Source of the DNA: Natribaculum luteum
GTDB lineage: Archaea; Halobacteriota; Halobacteria; Halobacteriales; Natrialbaceae
DNA: 64,000 nucleotides
Assembly (NCBI RefSeq): GCF_023008545.1
Contig: NZ_CP095397.1
Location: 2,715,199 to 2,779,198 of the forward strand
Direction of reading: 5' to 3'
Both the position numbers and the translations under genes were made by a program. This document shows, one piece after another, positions 9,596 through 19,423 of this stretch. A model generated the notes under the pieces. The model made no database searches. It had not been told where the DNA came from and was given only the letters and a program-made list of their open reading frames with translations. The stretch's first letter is position 1; each line of letters begins with the position of its first letter.

Positions 9596-9745
9596 TCAGT
9601 ACTTGAGTTCCTTGGGCATCACTTCGACGAACGTTTCGCTTCCACAGACGGCACACGCCTTCGGTTTGCCGTGGCGTGCGTAGACGACCCCACAGCTGTC
9701 ACACGCGTAAAACGGCCGTCGTTCGTGTTCGCCGGGTCTGGTCAT
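9596..9745 (-). CDS. Small zinc-ribbon protein of 49 aa. It is absent from the supplied ORF track.
   Basis: Minus-strand ATG...TGA ORF translating to MTRPGEHERRPFYACDSCGVVYARHGKPKACAVCGSETFVEVMPKELKY. It carries two CxxC pairs. Confidence 0.5.
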   Translation of the reverse strand: MTRPGEHERRPFYACDSCGVVYARHGKPKACAVCGSETFVEVMPKELKY

Positions 9746-9828
9746 ACCGGCCGTACACCGCGTCTCGTCAAATGGGTTTCCCCGGACCCCGACTCGAGTC
9801 GGTGAGACGAGGGCGACGACCTCGAGTG

Positions 9829-9918
9829 CCGTCAGACGGACTACTGTCAGTCATTTCCGGTGCAATCGCAACCGTCCTGCGGTTGCACGGGTAAATCGGT
9901 ACAGCAGACCGTATCAGG
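9829..9918. repeat. Family-B palindromic element, copy B1, flipped. The right-arm sequence ggtacagcagaccgtatcag is the complement of the family left arm.
   Basis: Shares the outer arms (ctgatacggtctgctgtacc / ggtacagcagaccgtatcag) with copies at 14.2, 16.4, 43.1 and 56.6 kb. It has an inner stem gcaaccg/cggttgc. The TGA of the minus-strand cTGAtacgg is the stop codon of the quinone-oxidoreductase-like gene. Confidence 0.7.
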
Positions 9919-10867
9919 GAACGACGACGAGTTTCCCGAGGAAGCTCTCCGAGAGGACGTCCTCCTGTGCGTCGGCGACGTCCGCCAGGTCGTACGTTCG
10001 GTCGACGACCGGTTCGACGTCGCCACGTTCGTACAGCCTGGCGAGACGCTCGAGGACGGCCGCGACGTCGGGCGTGTTGAACATGCTGACGTGGTGGACG
10101 GTGAGCGCCTTCCCTCGCGCGGCAGGGACGTTCGGGAACGTCGCCTCGAGGTCCGTGTTACCGATCGCGGCGACGTCCGCGTCGAAGGCCGCGACGCGAC
10201 AGTCCAGCCCGAGGTAGTCGTCGAGTCGGTGATCGAGGATCGCGTCGGGTGCGCCCGCGGCCTCGATCCGTTCCTCGAGGTCGTCGGCCGCGTAGTCGAT
10301 TACGGTCTCGGCACCGAGGTCGGCGAGACGGTCGTGGTACTCGGGGGCGGCGGTCGTCGTCACGTCCGCGCCCGTCGCGGCGGCGAGCTGGACGGCGACG
10401 TGTCCGACGCCGCCGTTGCCGCCGTGGACGAGCGCCCGCTCGCCGGGCTCGAGGTCGCAGGCGTCGACGAGCGACTGCCAGGCGGTGACGCCGACGAGCG
10501 CGCCGGCGGCACCCGTTTCGAAGTCGACCGACGCGGGCAGCGTGGCGGCGAGGTCGTCGGGGACGGCGACGTACTCGGCGCAGGTCCCCGGATCGTCGTT
10601 GCCCAGCCCGGTCGCGAACACGCGGTCGCCGGCCTCGAAGTCGGCGTCCGCGCCCGTCTCCTCGACGACACCCGCGACGTCGGAGCCGGTGATCCAGGGC
10701 AGGTCGCCAGGCGGGTACGACCCCTCGCGGAAGTAGGTGTCGACGGGGTTGACCGCCCCTGCTTCGACGCGAACGAGGAGTTCGTCGGCAGCCGGTTGGG
10801 GTCGGTCGATCTCGTCGACGGTCAGTACCTCGGGTCCGCCGTGGTCGTGGTATCGAACGGCGCGCAT
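9914..10867 (-). CDS. Zn-dependent alcohol dehydrogenase / NADPH:quinone oxidoreductase family protein (MDR superfamily). The start is placed at internal ATG (MRAVRYHD).
   Basis: MRAVRYHDHGGPEVLTVDEIDRPQPAADELLVRVEAGAVNPVD is a typical quinone-oxidoreductase N-terminus. The upstream 49 codons of the ORF are a translation of repeat element A1. Confidence 0.8.
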   Translation of the reverse strand: MRAVRYHDHGGPEVLTVDEIDRPQPAADELLVRVEAGAVNPVDTYFREGSYPPGDLPWITGSDVAGVVEETGADADFEAGDRVFATGLGNDDPGTCAEYVAVPDDLAATLPASVDFETGAAGALVGVTAWQSLVDACDLEPGERALVHGGNGGVGHVAVQLAAATGADVTTTAAPEYHDRLADLGAETVIDYAADDLEERIEAAGAPDAILDHRLDDYLGLDCRVAAFDADVAAIGNTDLEATFPNVPAARGKALTVHHVSMFNTPDVAAVLERLARLYERGDVEPVVDRTYDLADVADAQEDVLSESFLGKLVVVP

Positions 10868-10920
10868 ACGGACACGAAGAACGGCCGTCGTAAAAACGTC
10901 CGCGAGGCGTGCTCGAGTGG

Positions 10921-11040
10921 GTTCATACTGCCGGACAACACGGTTCAGACATCGATCGCACTCGAGACGCTGTCGTCGCTGACGACAGCCGTCGAGACGC
11001 GATCGAGTAGTCACTGACTGTTGTCCGGTAGTATCAGAAC
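10921..11040. repeat. Family-A nested palindromic element, copy A1, about 120 bp.
   Basis: About 90% identical to 29477..29592 in inverted orientation. Outer arms gttcTGAtactaccggacaac / gttgtccggcagtatgaac. Inner perfect 9-bp inverted repeat gctgtcgtc-agc-gacgacagc. The TGA in cTGAtac is the stop codon of fhs. Confidence 0.75.
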
Positions 11041-12758
11041 AGCCCGGTGATCGTCCCGTCCGCCTCGAGGTCGACGTCCGTCGCGGCGGGGTCAGACGGC
11101 AACCCGGGCATCGTCAGCACGTCGCCGGTGAGCGCGACGAGAAAGCCCGCGCCGGCCGCTGGCCGAATCTCGCGGACGGTGAGCGTCCAGTCGGTCGGGA
11201 CGCCCGTTCGTTCGGGGTCGTCCGACAGCGAGTACGGCGTCTTCGAGAGACAGACCGGCAGCTCCTCGAGTCCGAGCCGTTCGATCCGCTCGAGATCGTC
11301 GGGTGCCGAGTCGACGTACTCGACGTCTCGAGCGCCGTAGACCTCGGTCGCGACGGTCTCGATCGCCTCGCGGACCGTCGCAGAGGAGTCGTACAGCGGC
11401 TGTCCCCGTCCCGGTTCGTCGACGGCGTCGGTCACCAGCTGGGCGAGTTCCGTGCCACCCTCGCCGCCGTCCCGGTGGACCGTCGATTCGGCGGCCGGAA
11501 TCCCCCGCTCGGCGAACGCCTCGAGGACGGCGTCGACCTCCTCGTCTGTATCCTGGGGGAAGCGGTTGAGCGCGACGACGACGGGCATCCCGAGGCGCTC
11601 GAGGATCTCGACGTGGGCGAGCGCGTTCTCGAGGCCGTCCAGGGCGGCCTCGACGTCGGGTTCGGCCAGTCGCTCTGTCTCGCTCGGCCACATCGACAGC
11701 CCCTGGCGTTTCAGCGCGCGGACGGTGACGACCAGCACCGCGGCCTCGGGTGCGAGCCCCGTCTGGCGGGTGACGACGTCGACGAACTTCTCCGCACCGA
11801 GTTCCGAGCCGAACCCGCCCTCGGTGACGAGGTACTCGGCACCCGCGAGTCCGACGCGGTCGGCGATCGCCGTGTTCGTCCCGTGGGCGATGTTGGCGAA
11901 CGGGCCGCCGTGGACGAACGCGGGGACGCCCTCGATCGTCTGGACGAGGTTCGGACGCAACGCGTCGCGAAGCAGAGCGGCGACGGCACCGCCGACCTCG
12001 AGGTCGGCGACCGTGACGGGGTCGCCGTCGCGGTCGTAGGCCACGACGATGCGCTCGAGTCGCGCCTTCAGGTCCGCGTAGTCCTCGGCGAGGCCGAGCG
12101 TCGCCATCAGTTCCGAGGCGGCGGTGATCTGGAAGCCGCCTTCCCGCGGGACGCCGTTTGCCTGCCCGCCGAGACCCAGGACGATCTCCCGGAGTGCGCG
12201 GTCGTTGACGTCGAGCGCTCGAGGCCAGGTGACCGATCGCGAATCGATCGGCGGATCGGCTCCGTGGTGGAGGTGTGCGTCGACCGCGGCGGCGACGAGG
12301 TTGTGAGCCGACGTGAGCGCGTGGATGTCACCGGTGAAGTGGAGGTTGATGTCCTCCATCGGGAGGACCTGCGAGTAGCCGCCGCCGGCAGCGCCACCCT
12401 TGATGCCGAAGACGGGGCCGAGGGAGGGCTCTCGAATCGCGACCGCCGCCGACTCGCCGCGTTTGGCGAGTGCCTGGCCGAGTCCGACCGTCGTGACGGT
12501 CTTTCCCTCGCCCTGGGGCGTCGGCGTCATGGCCGTGACGAGGACGAGGTTCCCCGTCGCTTCGCGCTCGAGCGCCCGCTGGAGCGCGTCGACCGACGGC
12601 TTCGCGACGTGGTCTCCGTAGCGCTCGAGGTCGTCCGGCTCGAACCCAAGCTTCGCTGCGACGTCGGAGATCGGGCTGGGCGCTGCCGCACGTGCGATCT
12701 CGAGGTCGTCCGGTACGCTCTCGTCTTCGTCTTCCGGGTGGGGATCTGGTGGCGACAT
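11034..12758 (-). CDS. fhs: Formate--tetrahydrofolate ligase. The start is at ATG 12758 (MSPPDPHPEDE).
   Basis: Hallmark motifs GEGKTVTTVGLGQAL and PSLGPVFGIKGGAAGGGYSQV, and end-to-end similarity to FTHFS. Confidence 0.95.
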   Translation of the reverse strand: MSPPDPHPEDEDESVPDDLEIARAAAPSPISDVAAKLGFEPDDLERYGDHVAKPSVDALQRALEREATGNLVLVTAMTPTPQGEGKTVTTVGLGQALAKRGESAAVAIREPSLGPVFGIKGGAAGGGYSQVLPMEDINLHFTGDIHALTSAHNLVAAAVDAHLHHGADPPIDSRSVTWPRALDVNDRALREIVLGLGGQANGVPREGGFQITAASELMATLGLAEDYADLKARLERIVVAYDRDGDPVTVADLEVGGAVAALLRDALRPNLVQTIEGVPAFVHGGPFANIAHGTNTAIADRVGLAGAEYLVTEGGFGSELGAEKFVDVVTRQTGLAPEAAVLVVTVRALKRQGLSMWPSETERLAEPDVEAALDGLENALAHVEILERLGMPVVVALNRFPQDTDEEVDAVLEAFAERGIPAAESTVHRDGGEGGTELAQLVTDAVDEPGRGQPLYDSSATVREAIETVATEVYGARDVEYVDSAPDDLERIERLGLEELPVCLSKTPYSLSDDPERTGVPTDWTLTVREIRPAAGAGFLVALTGDVLTMPGLPSDPAATDVDLEADGTITGLF

Positions 12759-12915
12759 ACCCGATCGTACGAGGGCCGGGGACAAACGTTCTGGCTGCCG
12801 TTCTCGTTCGACGGGAACGACGACCGAATCGGCCACGCGGACAGTCGCTTTCGTCGACTCGTGTGAACCCTTTTGGCCGTTCGAGGCGAAGATCGGCTGT
12901 ACAGCGGGTGTAAGT

Positions 12916-13128
12916 ATGGAAAAGAACGTGGGCGGGATCGATCGAACCACACGCATCGTCGTCGGAGCGTTCCTCACTGTCGCCGGAGTCGCCGGACTGG
13001 CCGGCTACTGGGCCGTCGGCATCGCGATCGGTGTCGCAGCGCTTCTGGTCGGAGTGATCCTCGTCGTGACCGGTACGACCCAGAAGTGCCCGATCAACGA
13101 AGCCGCAGGCGTCGACACGACTCGGTGA
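12916..13128 (+). CDS. DUF2892 (YgaP-like) small membrane protein.
   Basis: GGIDRTTRIVVGAFLTVAGVAGL signature followed by two TM helices. 70 aa. Confidence 0.65.
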   Translation: MEKNVGGIDRTTRIVVGAFLTVAGVAGLAGYWAVGIAIGVAALLVGVILVVTGTTQKCPINEAAGVDTTR

Positions 13129-13251
13129 CGGATCGACGGCGCGTCGGCGCTCGAGAGCGCTCGAGACGCACCGAATAGACGTAGTCGGCAGACGGCCAAT
13201 CGAATCGCCGGGGACCACAGATTCTTGCCCGATCGTTGCGAGTGTCCGTGC

Positions 13252-14220
13252 ATGGCCGACGAGTTCGACGTCCTCGTGCTCCGCAAGGGGACGCACGGAA
13301 CGCCAGTCGAGGAGTACGCAGCGGCGATCAGAGAGCGACTGCCCGAGACGGACGTTCGCCTCGCACGGACGCCCGCCGAGGAGCGCGAGGCGATCCGGGA
13401 CGCGCGGTTCGTCACCGGCATGACTCTCGAGGAGGAGCTGCTCGAGACCGCCGCCGACCTCGAGGTCTTCGCGTGTGCCTACGCGGGGACGGGTCACCTC
13501 CCGCTCGAGCGCCTCCGGGAACGGGGCGTCACGGTGACGAACGCCTCGGGCGTCCACGGGCCGAACATGGGCGAGCACGTCCTCGGGTCGATCCTCTCGT
13601 TCACCCGTCGGTTCCACGTGGGCGCGCGCCGACAGCGACGCCGGGAGTGGCGCCACTACCGGGCCCACGAACTCCAGGGATCGACCGTCACCGTGGTCGG
13701 ACTCGGCGCGATCGGGCGGGCGGTCGTCGAGCGCCTCGAGCCCTTCGGCGTGGAGACGATCGGCGTCCGGTACACCCCCGAGAAGGGTGGGCCAACCGAC
13801 GAGGTGGTCGGCTTCGACGACGACGCCGTCCACGACGCGCTCGCACGAACGGATTACCTCGTGCTCGCGTGTCCGCTGACGGACGCGACGCGCGGGTTGA
13901 TCGACCGCGAGGCGTTCGTCACGCTGCCGCCGGAGTCGGTGCTCGTGAACGTCGCTCGCGGCCCCGTCGTCGACACCGACGCACTCGTCGAGGCGCTTCG
14001 GTCGAACTGGATCCGCGGGGCCTCTCTCGACGTCACCGATCCCGAACCGCTGCCCGAAGACCACCCGCTGTGGACGTTCGAGAACGTCCAGATCACGCCA
14101 CACAACGCCGGACACACGCCGAAGTACTACGAACGACTGGCCGACATCGTCGCCGAGAACGTCGACCGGATTCGCGAGACCAGCGAGACGGACGGTCTCG
14201 AAAACCAGGTCCTGCCCTGA
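13252..14220 (+). CDS. D-isomer-specific 2-hydroxyacid dehydrogenase (NAD-binding) family.
   Basis: NAD-binding VVGLGAIGRAVVERL and a catalytic-domain arrangement typical of the D-2-hydroxyacid dehydrogenase family. ATG 13252 gives MADEFDVLVL. Confidence 0.85.
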   Translation: MADEFDVLVLRKGTHGTPVEEYAAAIRERLPETDVRLARTPAEEREAIRDARFVTGMTLEEELLETAADLEVFACAYAGTGHLPLERLRERGVTVTNASGVHGPNMGEHVLGSILSFTRRFHVGARRQRRREWRHYRAHELQGSTVTVVGLGAIGRAVVERLEPFGVETIGVRYTPEKGGPTDEVVGFDDDAVHDALARTDYLVLACPLTDATRGLIDREAFVTLPPESVLVNVARGPVVDTDALVEALRSNWIRGASLDVTDPEPLPEDHPLWTFENVQITPHNAGHTPKYYERLADIVAENVDRIRETSETDGLENQVLP

Positions 14221-14229
14221 CTCGCGGGT

Positions 14230-14317
14230 TCATATCGCCTGCTGTACCTGTTTCCCGGCGCACCCGCAAGCCGTCCGGCGGTTGCCCCAGAACTGACGTA
14301 CAGCAGACGGTATCAGG
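14230..14317. repeat. Family-B palindromic element, copy B2.
   Basis: tcatatcgcctgctgtacctg...cccgcaagccgtccggcggttgcccc...gtacagcagacggtatcagg. It begins 9 nt after the stop of the 2-hydroxyacid dehydrogenase. Confidence 0.7.
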
Positions 14318-14477
14318 CTCCGGTCTCGCTTCCGGCGCGCTCGAGTCGACGCGGGTTTATCACATTCGAGGCCGAACCCTCGGCCAGCATGGATTCACCA
14401 CGAGTTCGTCGCGTCTCGAGGCGACACGAGAGGGCTGCACACGAGAACGACGGCGTCCACCGGGCGGTGACCTCGCG

Positions 14478-14909
14478 ATGACGCTCTCGTTCGACGGGCG
14501 GGTGATCGTCCCCGTCGCCGATCCGGACGACGCCGAACGGACCGCGGCCACGCTCGCACCGAAGATCGAACCGACGGGTACTGCCGTCGTCGTCTACGTC
14601 GTCGAGAAAGCCGGCGGCGGCATCGACAAGGCGTCGGTCGAACAGCGCGAGGGGTACGCCGAGCGGATCTTCGAGCGCGCCCGCCAGCCGCTCGAGGCGG
14701 CGGACGTCCCGGTCGAGACCGAGATTTTGTACGGGACCGACGTCGTGGAGACGATTTTCGACGGGGCGATCGACTGGGACGCGGACGCGGTGGCGTTCGT
14801 ACCGCGACAGAGCAATCGTCTCGTGGAACTGCTGACGGGCGACGTGGCCCGAAAACTGGTCAGGAACGCAGAGATACCCGTCGTCGCTCTCCCGCAGGAC
14901 GGCGAGTGA
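14478..14909 (+). CDS. Universal stress protein (UspA).
   Basis: MTLSFDGRVIVPVADPDD...AVAFVPRQSNRLVELLTGDVARKLVRNAEIPVVAL is the typical Usp fold signature. Confidence 0.8.
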   Translation: MTLSFDGRVIVPVADPDDAERTAATLAPKIEPTGTAVVVYVVEKAGGGIDKASVEQREGYAERIFERARQPLEAADVPVETEILYGTDVVETIFDGAIDWDADAVAFVPRQSNRLVELLTGDVARKLVRNAEIPVVALPQDGE

Positions 14910-14910
14910 G

Positions 14911-15945
14911 CTAGAGGTAGCCCTTCTCGAGCAAGAGTTCGCCGTTCAGGACGCTCGCGCCGGCAGCCCCGCGGATCGTGTTGTGGGCGAGACAGTTGTA
15001 CTGGAGACCGAACGTCGACTCGCGGATGCCGCCGGCGGCGATGGCCATGCCGTCGCCGAGCGTGCGGTCGAGTCGCGGCTGTGGGCGGTCGGGTTCGTCG
15101 AAGACCTCGATGAGCTGGTCGGGCGAGGACGGCAGGTCGATCGAGGGGTACTCCCGCATCGCATCGGCGGCCTCCACGGGAGTGAGTTCGTCTTCGGTCT
15201 CGACGAAGACGTTCTCGAGGTGGCCGTCGATCGTCGGGATGCGGTTACACGAGGCCCCGACCTCGACGTCGTTCAGCTCGAGTTCGGCCCCGTCGAACGT
15301 GCCGAGCAGTTTGCGCGATTCGGTCTCGAGTTTGTCCTCCTCGCCGCCGATGTAGGGGATGGCGTTGTCGATGATCTCCATCGAGGTGACGCCGTCGTAG
15401 CCCGCACCGGAGACTGCCTGCAGGGTGGCGACGTGGACGGTCTCGAGGCCGTACTCGGCGAGGGCGGCGAGCGTGGGGACGAAGGTGATCGTCGAGCAGT
15501 TCGGGTTCTTCACCATCGCGCCGTCCCAGCCGCGTTCGTCGCGCTGGACCTCGAGCAGGTCGATGTGGTCGGCGTTGACCTCGGGGATGACCAGCGGCAC
15601 GTCTTCTGCCATCCGCGCGTTCGAGGAGTTCGAGGAGAGCACGTAGCCAGCCTCACAGAAGCCGGGTTCGACCTCGGCACCGACGCTCGAGGGAAGCGAC
15701 GAGAAGAGCAGATCGACGTCGTCGGGAACCTCGTCGGGATCAGTCGCCGTGACGGTCATCTCGGCGACGTCCTCGGGAATGGGGCTGTCGACGCGCCACT
15801 TGGCCACGTCGCGGTACTGTTCGCCCGCGCTCGAGTCGCTCGCGGTGAGTGCGGCGATCTCGAAGTCGGGGTGTGGGTCGAGGAGTCCGATCAATCGCTG
15901 TCCGACGGCGCCGGTCGCGCCAAGTACGCCAACTCGTACTGCCAT
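14911..15945 (-). CDS. asd: Aspartate-semialdehyde dehydrogenase.
   Basis: MAVRVGVLGATGAVGQRLIGLL (NAD(P)-binding) and the archaeal Asd-type catalytic domain, including the active-site Cys region GASCN. Confidence 0.9.
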   Translation of the reverse strand: MAVRVGVLGATGAVGQRLIGLLDPHPDFEIAALTASDSSAGEQYRDVAKWRVDSPIPEDVAEMTVTATDPDEVPDDVDLLFSSLPSSVGAEVEPGFCEAGYVLSSNSSNARMAEDVPLVIPEVNADHIDLLEVQRDERGWDGAMVKNPNCSTITFVPTLAALAEYGLETVHVATLQAVSGAGYDGVTSMEIIDNAIPYIGGEEDKLETESRKLLGTFDGAELELNDVEVGASCNRIPTIDGHLENVFVETEDELTPVEAADAMREYPSIDLPSSPDQLIEVFDEPDRPQPRLDRTLGDGMAIAAGGIRESTFGLQYNCLAHNTIRGAAGASVLNGELLLEKGYL

Positions 15946-16121
15946 TGACGGCCCTCGGTGACGGTGGTCTAAAACCATTTGGGTCGTGTCACGGTTTGCA
16001 TCGGCCGGAACGCCGCGGTCGGCACTCGCCGGACACGAGGCGGTGGCCGACGCTCGCGATCGGCGTCGACGGGGGACGGCGTCGCAACTCGAGGGACGGA
16101 GAATCGAGACGAGAATCCAGT

Positions 16122-16313
16122 TTACGCCGGAACCTGTGCGCCCTTCTTGCGGGTGACGTAGCCCGCGATCCGGTTGCGAACGCCCTTCGAGTCGATGTTG
16201 GTCAGCTTCTCGACGCTGTCTTTGTTCTGTTCGAAGTCGGTCGTAAACGCGTCCGGGTATCGCTCGAGCAGGATGTTCCCGGTCTTCTTGACGTAGGCCG
16301 GTTTGATTGCCAT
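16122..16313 (-). CDS. rps17e: 30S ribosomal protein S17e.
   Basis: MAIKPAYVKKTGNILLERYPDAFTTDFEQNK is the classic S17e N-terminus. 63 aa. Confidence 0.9.
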   Translation of the reverse strand: MAIKPAYVKKTGNILLERYPDAFTTDFEQNKDSVEKLTNIDSKGVRNRIAGYVTRKKGAQVPA

Positions 16314-16335
16314 ACAGAGTGGTTCCGTCTAGAGG

Positions 16336-16345
16336 CCCTTATAAC
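16336..16345 (-). promoter_or_regulatory. Candidate TATA box (ccTTATAAcg) for rps17e, at about -27 from the start codon.
   Basis: The only AT-rich hexamer in a GC-rich spacer. The spacing suits a leaderless archaeal mRNA. Confidence 0.4.
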
Positions 16346-16375
16346 GCACCATTTCTGCTGATCGACGACCCGGGT

Positions 16376-16462
16376 TCATACGGACCGCTGTAAGTACTTA
16401 CCGCAGCGACCGCCCGACGGGACGCGGTCGCTGCGGAAAATAGTTACAGCAGACCGCATCAG
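16376..16462. repeat. Family-B palindromic element, copy B3.
   Basis: ttcatacggaccgctgtaag ... perfect 13-bp inner stem ccgcagcgaccgc/gcggtcgctgcgg ... ttacagcagaccgcatcag. The minus-strand cTGAtgcgg supplies the stop of the antiporter gene. Confidence 0.75.
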
Positions 16463-17688
16463 TCGTCCGACTGGATCACGCCGAGTGCGGCCGCGATCTG
16501 TCTCGCGAAGCCCGCCTCGACGACGACCGTCACGAGGATGACCAGAAAGACCGTGCCGAGCAGGACCTCCGCACCCGCGGGATCGGAGGGCGGCGTCTCC
16601 GTCTCGAGGCGGATGGCAAAGAGGGTCGCGACCGATGCGGGGACGATCCCCCGAGGCCCGACGAAGCTGATGAACAGCCGTTCGTGGGTCGAGAACCCTC
16701 CACCGGCCGTCGAGACGAAGACGAGCAGCGGGCGAAGCAGCAGCGTCAACACGGCGACGACCGCGAGGCCGGCGACGCCGAGCGCGAGGAGTTCCGAGAA
16801 CTCGAGCAACGCCGCGAGCGTGATGAAGACGAACGAGAGGACGAGCAGCGTCACGTCCTGGTTGAACTGCAGGATGCTCTCCCGGTGGGGGAGTTCGAGG
16901 TTCCCGAGGGTAAAGCCCGCGGTGGCTGCGGCCGCGATGCCGGCCTCCGAGAACACCGAGTCCGCGATCGCAAAGGCGACGACTGCTCCGGCCAGCGCGA
17001 GTAACCGGGCCGTCTGTGGTGCCGCCTGCTCCGGGAGGTCGACCCGCGTGAGGAGATACCAGACGACGCCCGCGATCGCGAGGCCGGTGAGGATTCCCAT
17101 CCCGAGGCGCTGTGCGAACAGGAAGACGTACCCTCTTGGCGCGAGTTCCTGGGCCGTCATCGCCTTGAAGAGGACGATCGCGAGGATCGCCGCGGTGACG
17201 TCGTTGACGATCCCTTCTGTCTCGAGCGTCGTCGCGACCTCCTCGCGGACGGGAACGACCGCGAGGATCGGCGTGATGACCGTCGGCCCGGTCGCGACCA
17301 GCAGCGCGCCGACGAGAAGCGAGACGTCCAGACTCGCCCCGAGCAGGAGCCGGACGGTCAGGGCGGTCCCGACGAACGCCATCGCCGCGCCGACCGTGAT
17401 CAACCACCAGACCGCCCGCGGTGCGTTTCGGACGGTCTCGTGCTCGAGTCGGAACGATCCCTCGAAGACGATGATGGCGACGCTCACCCCGACGATCGTC
17501 GAGAGCGCCTCCCCGAAGGTGTCGGTCGTGATGACGCCGAGTCCCTCGGGGCCGATGGTGACGCCCGCGACGATGAGAAACAGCACGCTGGGGACGCGGT
17601 ACTTCGCGGCGAGAAACTGGGCTGTGACGCCGAATGCGACGATGGCCGCGACGAGCGCGATGAGGTCGAGGTCGACGTGGACGGACAC
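16459..17688 (-). CDS. Na+/H+ (monovalent cation:proton) antiporter, CPA1/NhaP-like.
   Basis: 409-aa polytopic membrane protein with motifs typical of the sodium/hydrogen exchanger family (GPEGLGVI, FEGSFRL). Confidence 0.75.
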   Translation of the reverse strand: MSVHVDLDLIALVAAIVAFGVTAQFLAAKYRVPSVLFLIVAGVTIGPEGLGVITTDTFGEALSTIVGVSVAIIVFEGSFRLEHETVRNAPRAVWWLITVGAAMAFVGTALTVRLLLGASLDVSLLVGALLVATGPTVITPILAVVPVREEVATTLETEGIVNDVTAAILAIVLFKAMTAQELAPRGYVFLFAQRLGMGILTGLAIAGVVWYLLTRVDLPEQAAPQTARLLALAGAVVAFAIADSVFSEAGIAAAATAGFTLGNLELPHRESILQFNQDVTLLVLSFVFITLAALLEFSELLALGVAGLAVVAVLTLLLRPLLVFVSTAGGGFSTHERLFISFVGPRGIVPASVATLFAIRLETETPPSDPAGAEVLLGTVFLVILVTVVVEAGFARQIAAALGVIQSDD

Positions 17689-17900
17689 CGGTTCACCGAC
17701 CCCCTCGACTGCGACGTTCGACGTGGTACTCGTCGGACGAACTGCCGATCCGCCATCGCGAACCGTGCGTCACGGCCGCCCGGCGCTGGCCGGATGTCGC
17801 GACCGACATGGCCCGTGCTACGACACCCACCGACAAAATCCTCATCCCCTTCCGCACGTGGGGGTCCACCTGCAGTCGATCCACCGCGGTCGCGGGAACT

Positions 17901-19307
17901 ATGTACGCGCCGCCCCGACCACACGACGTGGCTCCGATCGAACTCGAGTACGAAGACGGGACGATCCGCGTCGACGGCGGCGACGCACTCGAGGCGATCC
18001 CGTGGCTCGAGGCCGACCAGCGAACGGGAGGCCGTCGCGCGCCGGCGTACCGATACGCCGACCTCCGCGCAACGCTGGACGACAGCGGCCTCGAGTACGT
18101 CGATCGCGTCCTCGACCTCGATTCCCTCTCGGCGCTTCACTCGGCGTACGAACTGCGGTCCTACCAGCGCGAGGCGCTCGACGACTGGCTCGCGACCGAT
18201 CGCTGGGACGGCCGCGAGACCTCGACGCGAGCGCCAGCGGGCGTGCTCGAGTTGCCGACCGGCAGCGGGAAGACGGTCGCCGCGCTGAAGGCGATCGAAC
18301 GGCTCGCCGTGCCGACGCTCGTGGTCGTTCCCACGATCGACCTGCTAGAGCAGTGGGCACGCGAACTCGAGCGGGAGTTTTCGCTCCCGGTGGGACGGTT
18401 CGGCGGCGGCGAACAGCGACGCGAGGCGATCACGGTCTCGACGTACGACTCGGCGTACCTGAAAGCCGACGTCGTCGGCGACCGGTTCGGCTGCGTCGTC
18501 TTCGACGAGGCCCACCACCTCGGCGGCGAGGGCTACCGGGAGATCGCCCGCCTGCTCGCCGCTCCCGCACGGCTGGGTCTCACCGCGACGTTCGAACGCC
18601 CCGACGGTGCACACGAGGTGATCGAGGACGTCGTCGGGCCGCGCTGTCACCGCGTCGCCGTCGACGAACTCGCCGGCGACCACCTCGCCGACTACGACGT
18701 CAAGCGACTCGAGGTGTCGCTGATGCCCGAAGAACGCGAGGAGTACGACCGGAACCAGGAGGTGTTTACGAACTACCTCGCACGGTCGAACCTCCAGCTT
18801 CGAAGCGGCTCGGACTACCGGGAACTGGTCAAACGCTCCGGCTCCGATCCCAGGGCGCGCGAGGCCCTGCTCGCCAAACAGCGCGCCCGCGAGATCGTCT
18901 TCGGCAGCGAGGCGAAAGTCGACGCGCTCGAGGAGATCCTCGACGACCACCGCGACGATCGGACCATCGTCTTCACCGCGTACAACGACCTCGCGTACGA
19001 CGTCGCCGAGCGGTTCCTGATCCCGGCGATCACCCACCAGACGGGGGCGAGCGAGCGCCGAGAGATCTTGGAGCGGTTCCGCGAGGGAACCTATTCGCGC
19101 GTGGTGACCTCGAACGTACTCGACGAGGGCGTCGACGTACCCGACGCCAACGTCGCGGTCGTGCTCTCGGGCAGCGGCAGCGAGCGCGAGTTTACCCAGC
19201 GCCTCGGTCGCATCCTCCGGCCGAAAGCCGACGGCGGCCGCGCCCTGCTGTACGAGGTCGTCAGCGGCGATACCGCCGAGGAACGCGTCGCCGACCGCCG
19301 TCACTGA
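17901..19307 (+). CDS. XPB/Rad25-type SF2 DNA repair helicase.
   Basis: Helicase motif I (LPTGSGKT), motif II (DEAHH), and LTATFERPDG. An N-terminal damage-recognition-like domain is present. A Bax1 gene follows. Confidence 0.85.
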   Translation: MYAPPRPHDVAPIELEYEDGTIRVDGGDALEAIPWLEADQRTGGRRAPAYRYADLRATLDDSGLEYVDRVLDLDSLSALHSAYELRSYQREALDDWLATDRWDGRETSTRAPAGVLELPTGSGKTVAALKAIERLAVPTLVVVPTIDLLEQWARELEREFSLPVGRFGGGEQRREAITVSTYDSAYLKADVVGDRFGCVVFDEAHHLGGEGYREIARLLAAPARLGLTATFERPDGAHEVIEDVVGPRCHRVAVDELAGDHLADYDVKRLEVSLMPEEREEYDRNQEVFTNYLARSNLQLRSGSDYRELVKRSGSDPRAREALLAKQRAREIVFGSEAKVDALEEILDDHRDDRTIVFTAYNDLAYDVAERFLIPAITHQTGASERREILERFREGTYSRVVTSNVLDEGVDVPDANVAVVLSGSGSEREFTQRLGRILRPKADGGRALLYEVVSGDTAEERVADRRH

Positions 19308-19423
19308 TCCGACTGCCGGACTACTCGAGTATCGTGCCGACTGCACCAGCCGCACAGCAACCGTGCTCGTCGAACGGCCGCGTCCGGGTGACTTTTGGCG
19401 ACGTCGCTCCCACCAGTGAGTAG

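Noticed and set aside
14398-14481. 27-codon upstream ORF (MDSPRVRRVSRRHERAAHENDGVHRAV) before the Usp gene.
   Set aside because: Arg-rich, in GC-rich sequence, no conservation signal. It is more likely a 5' UTR.
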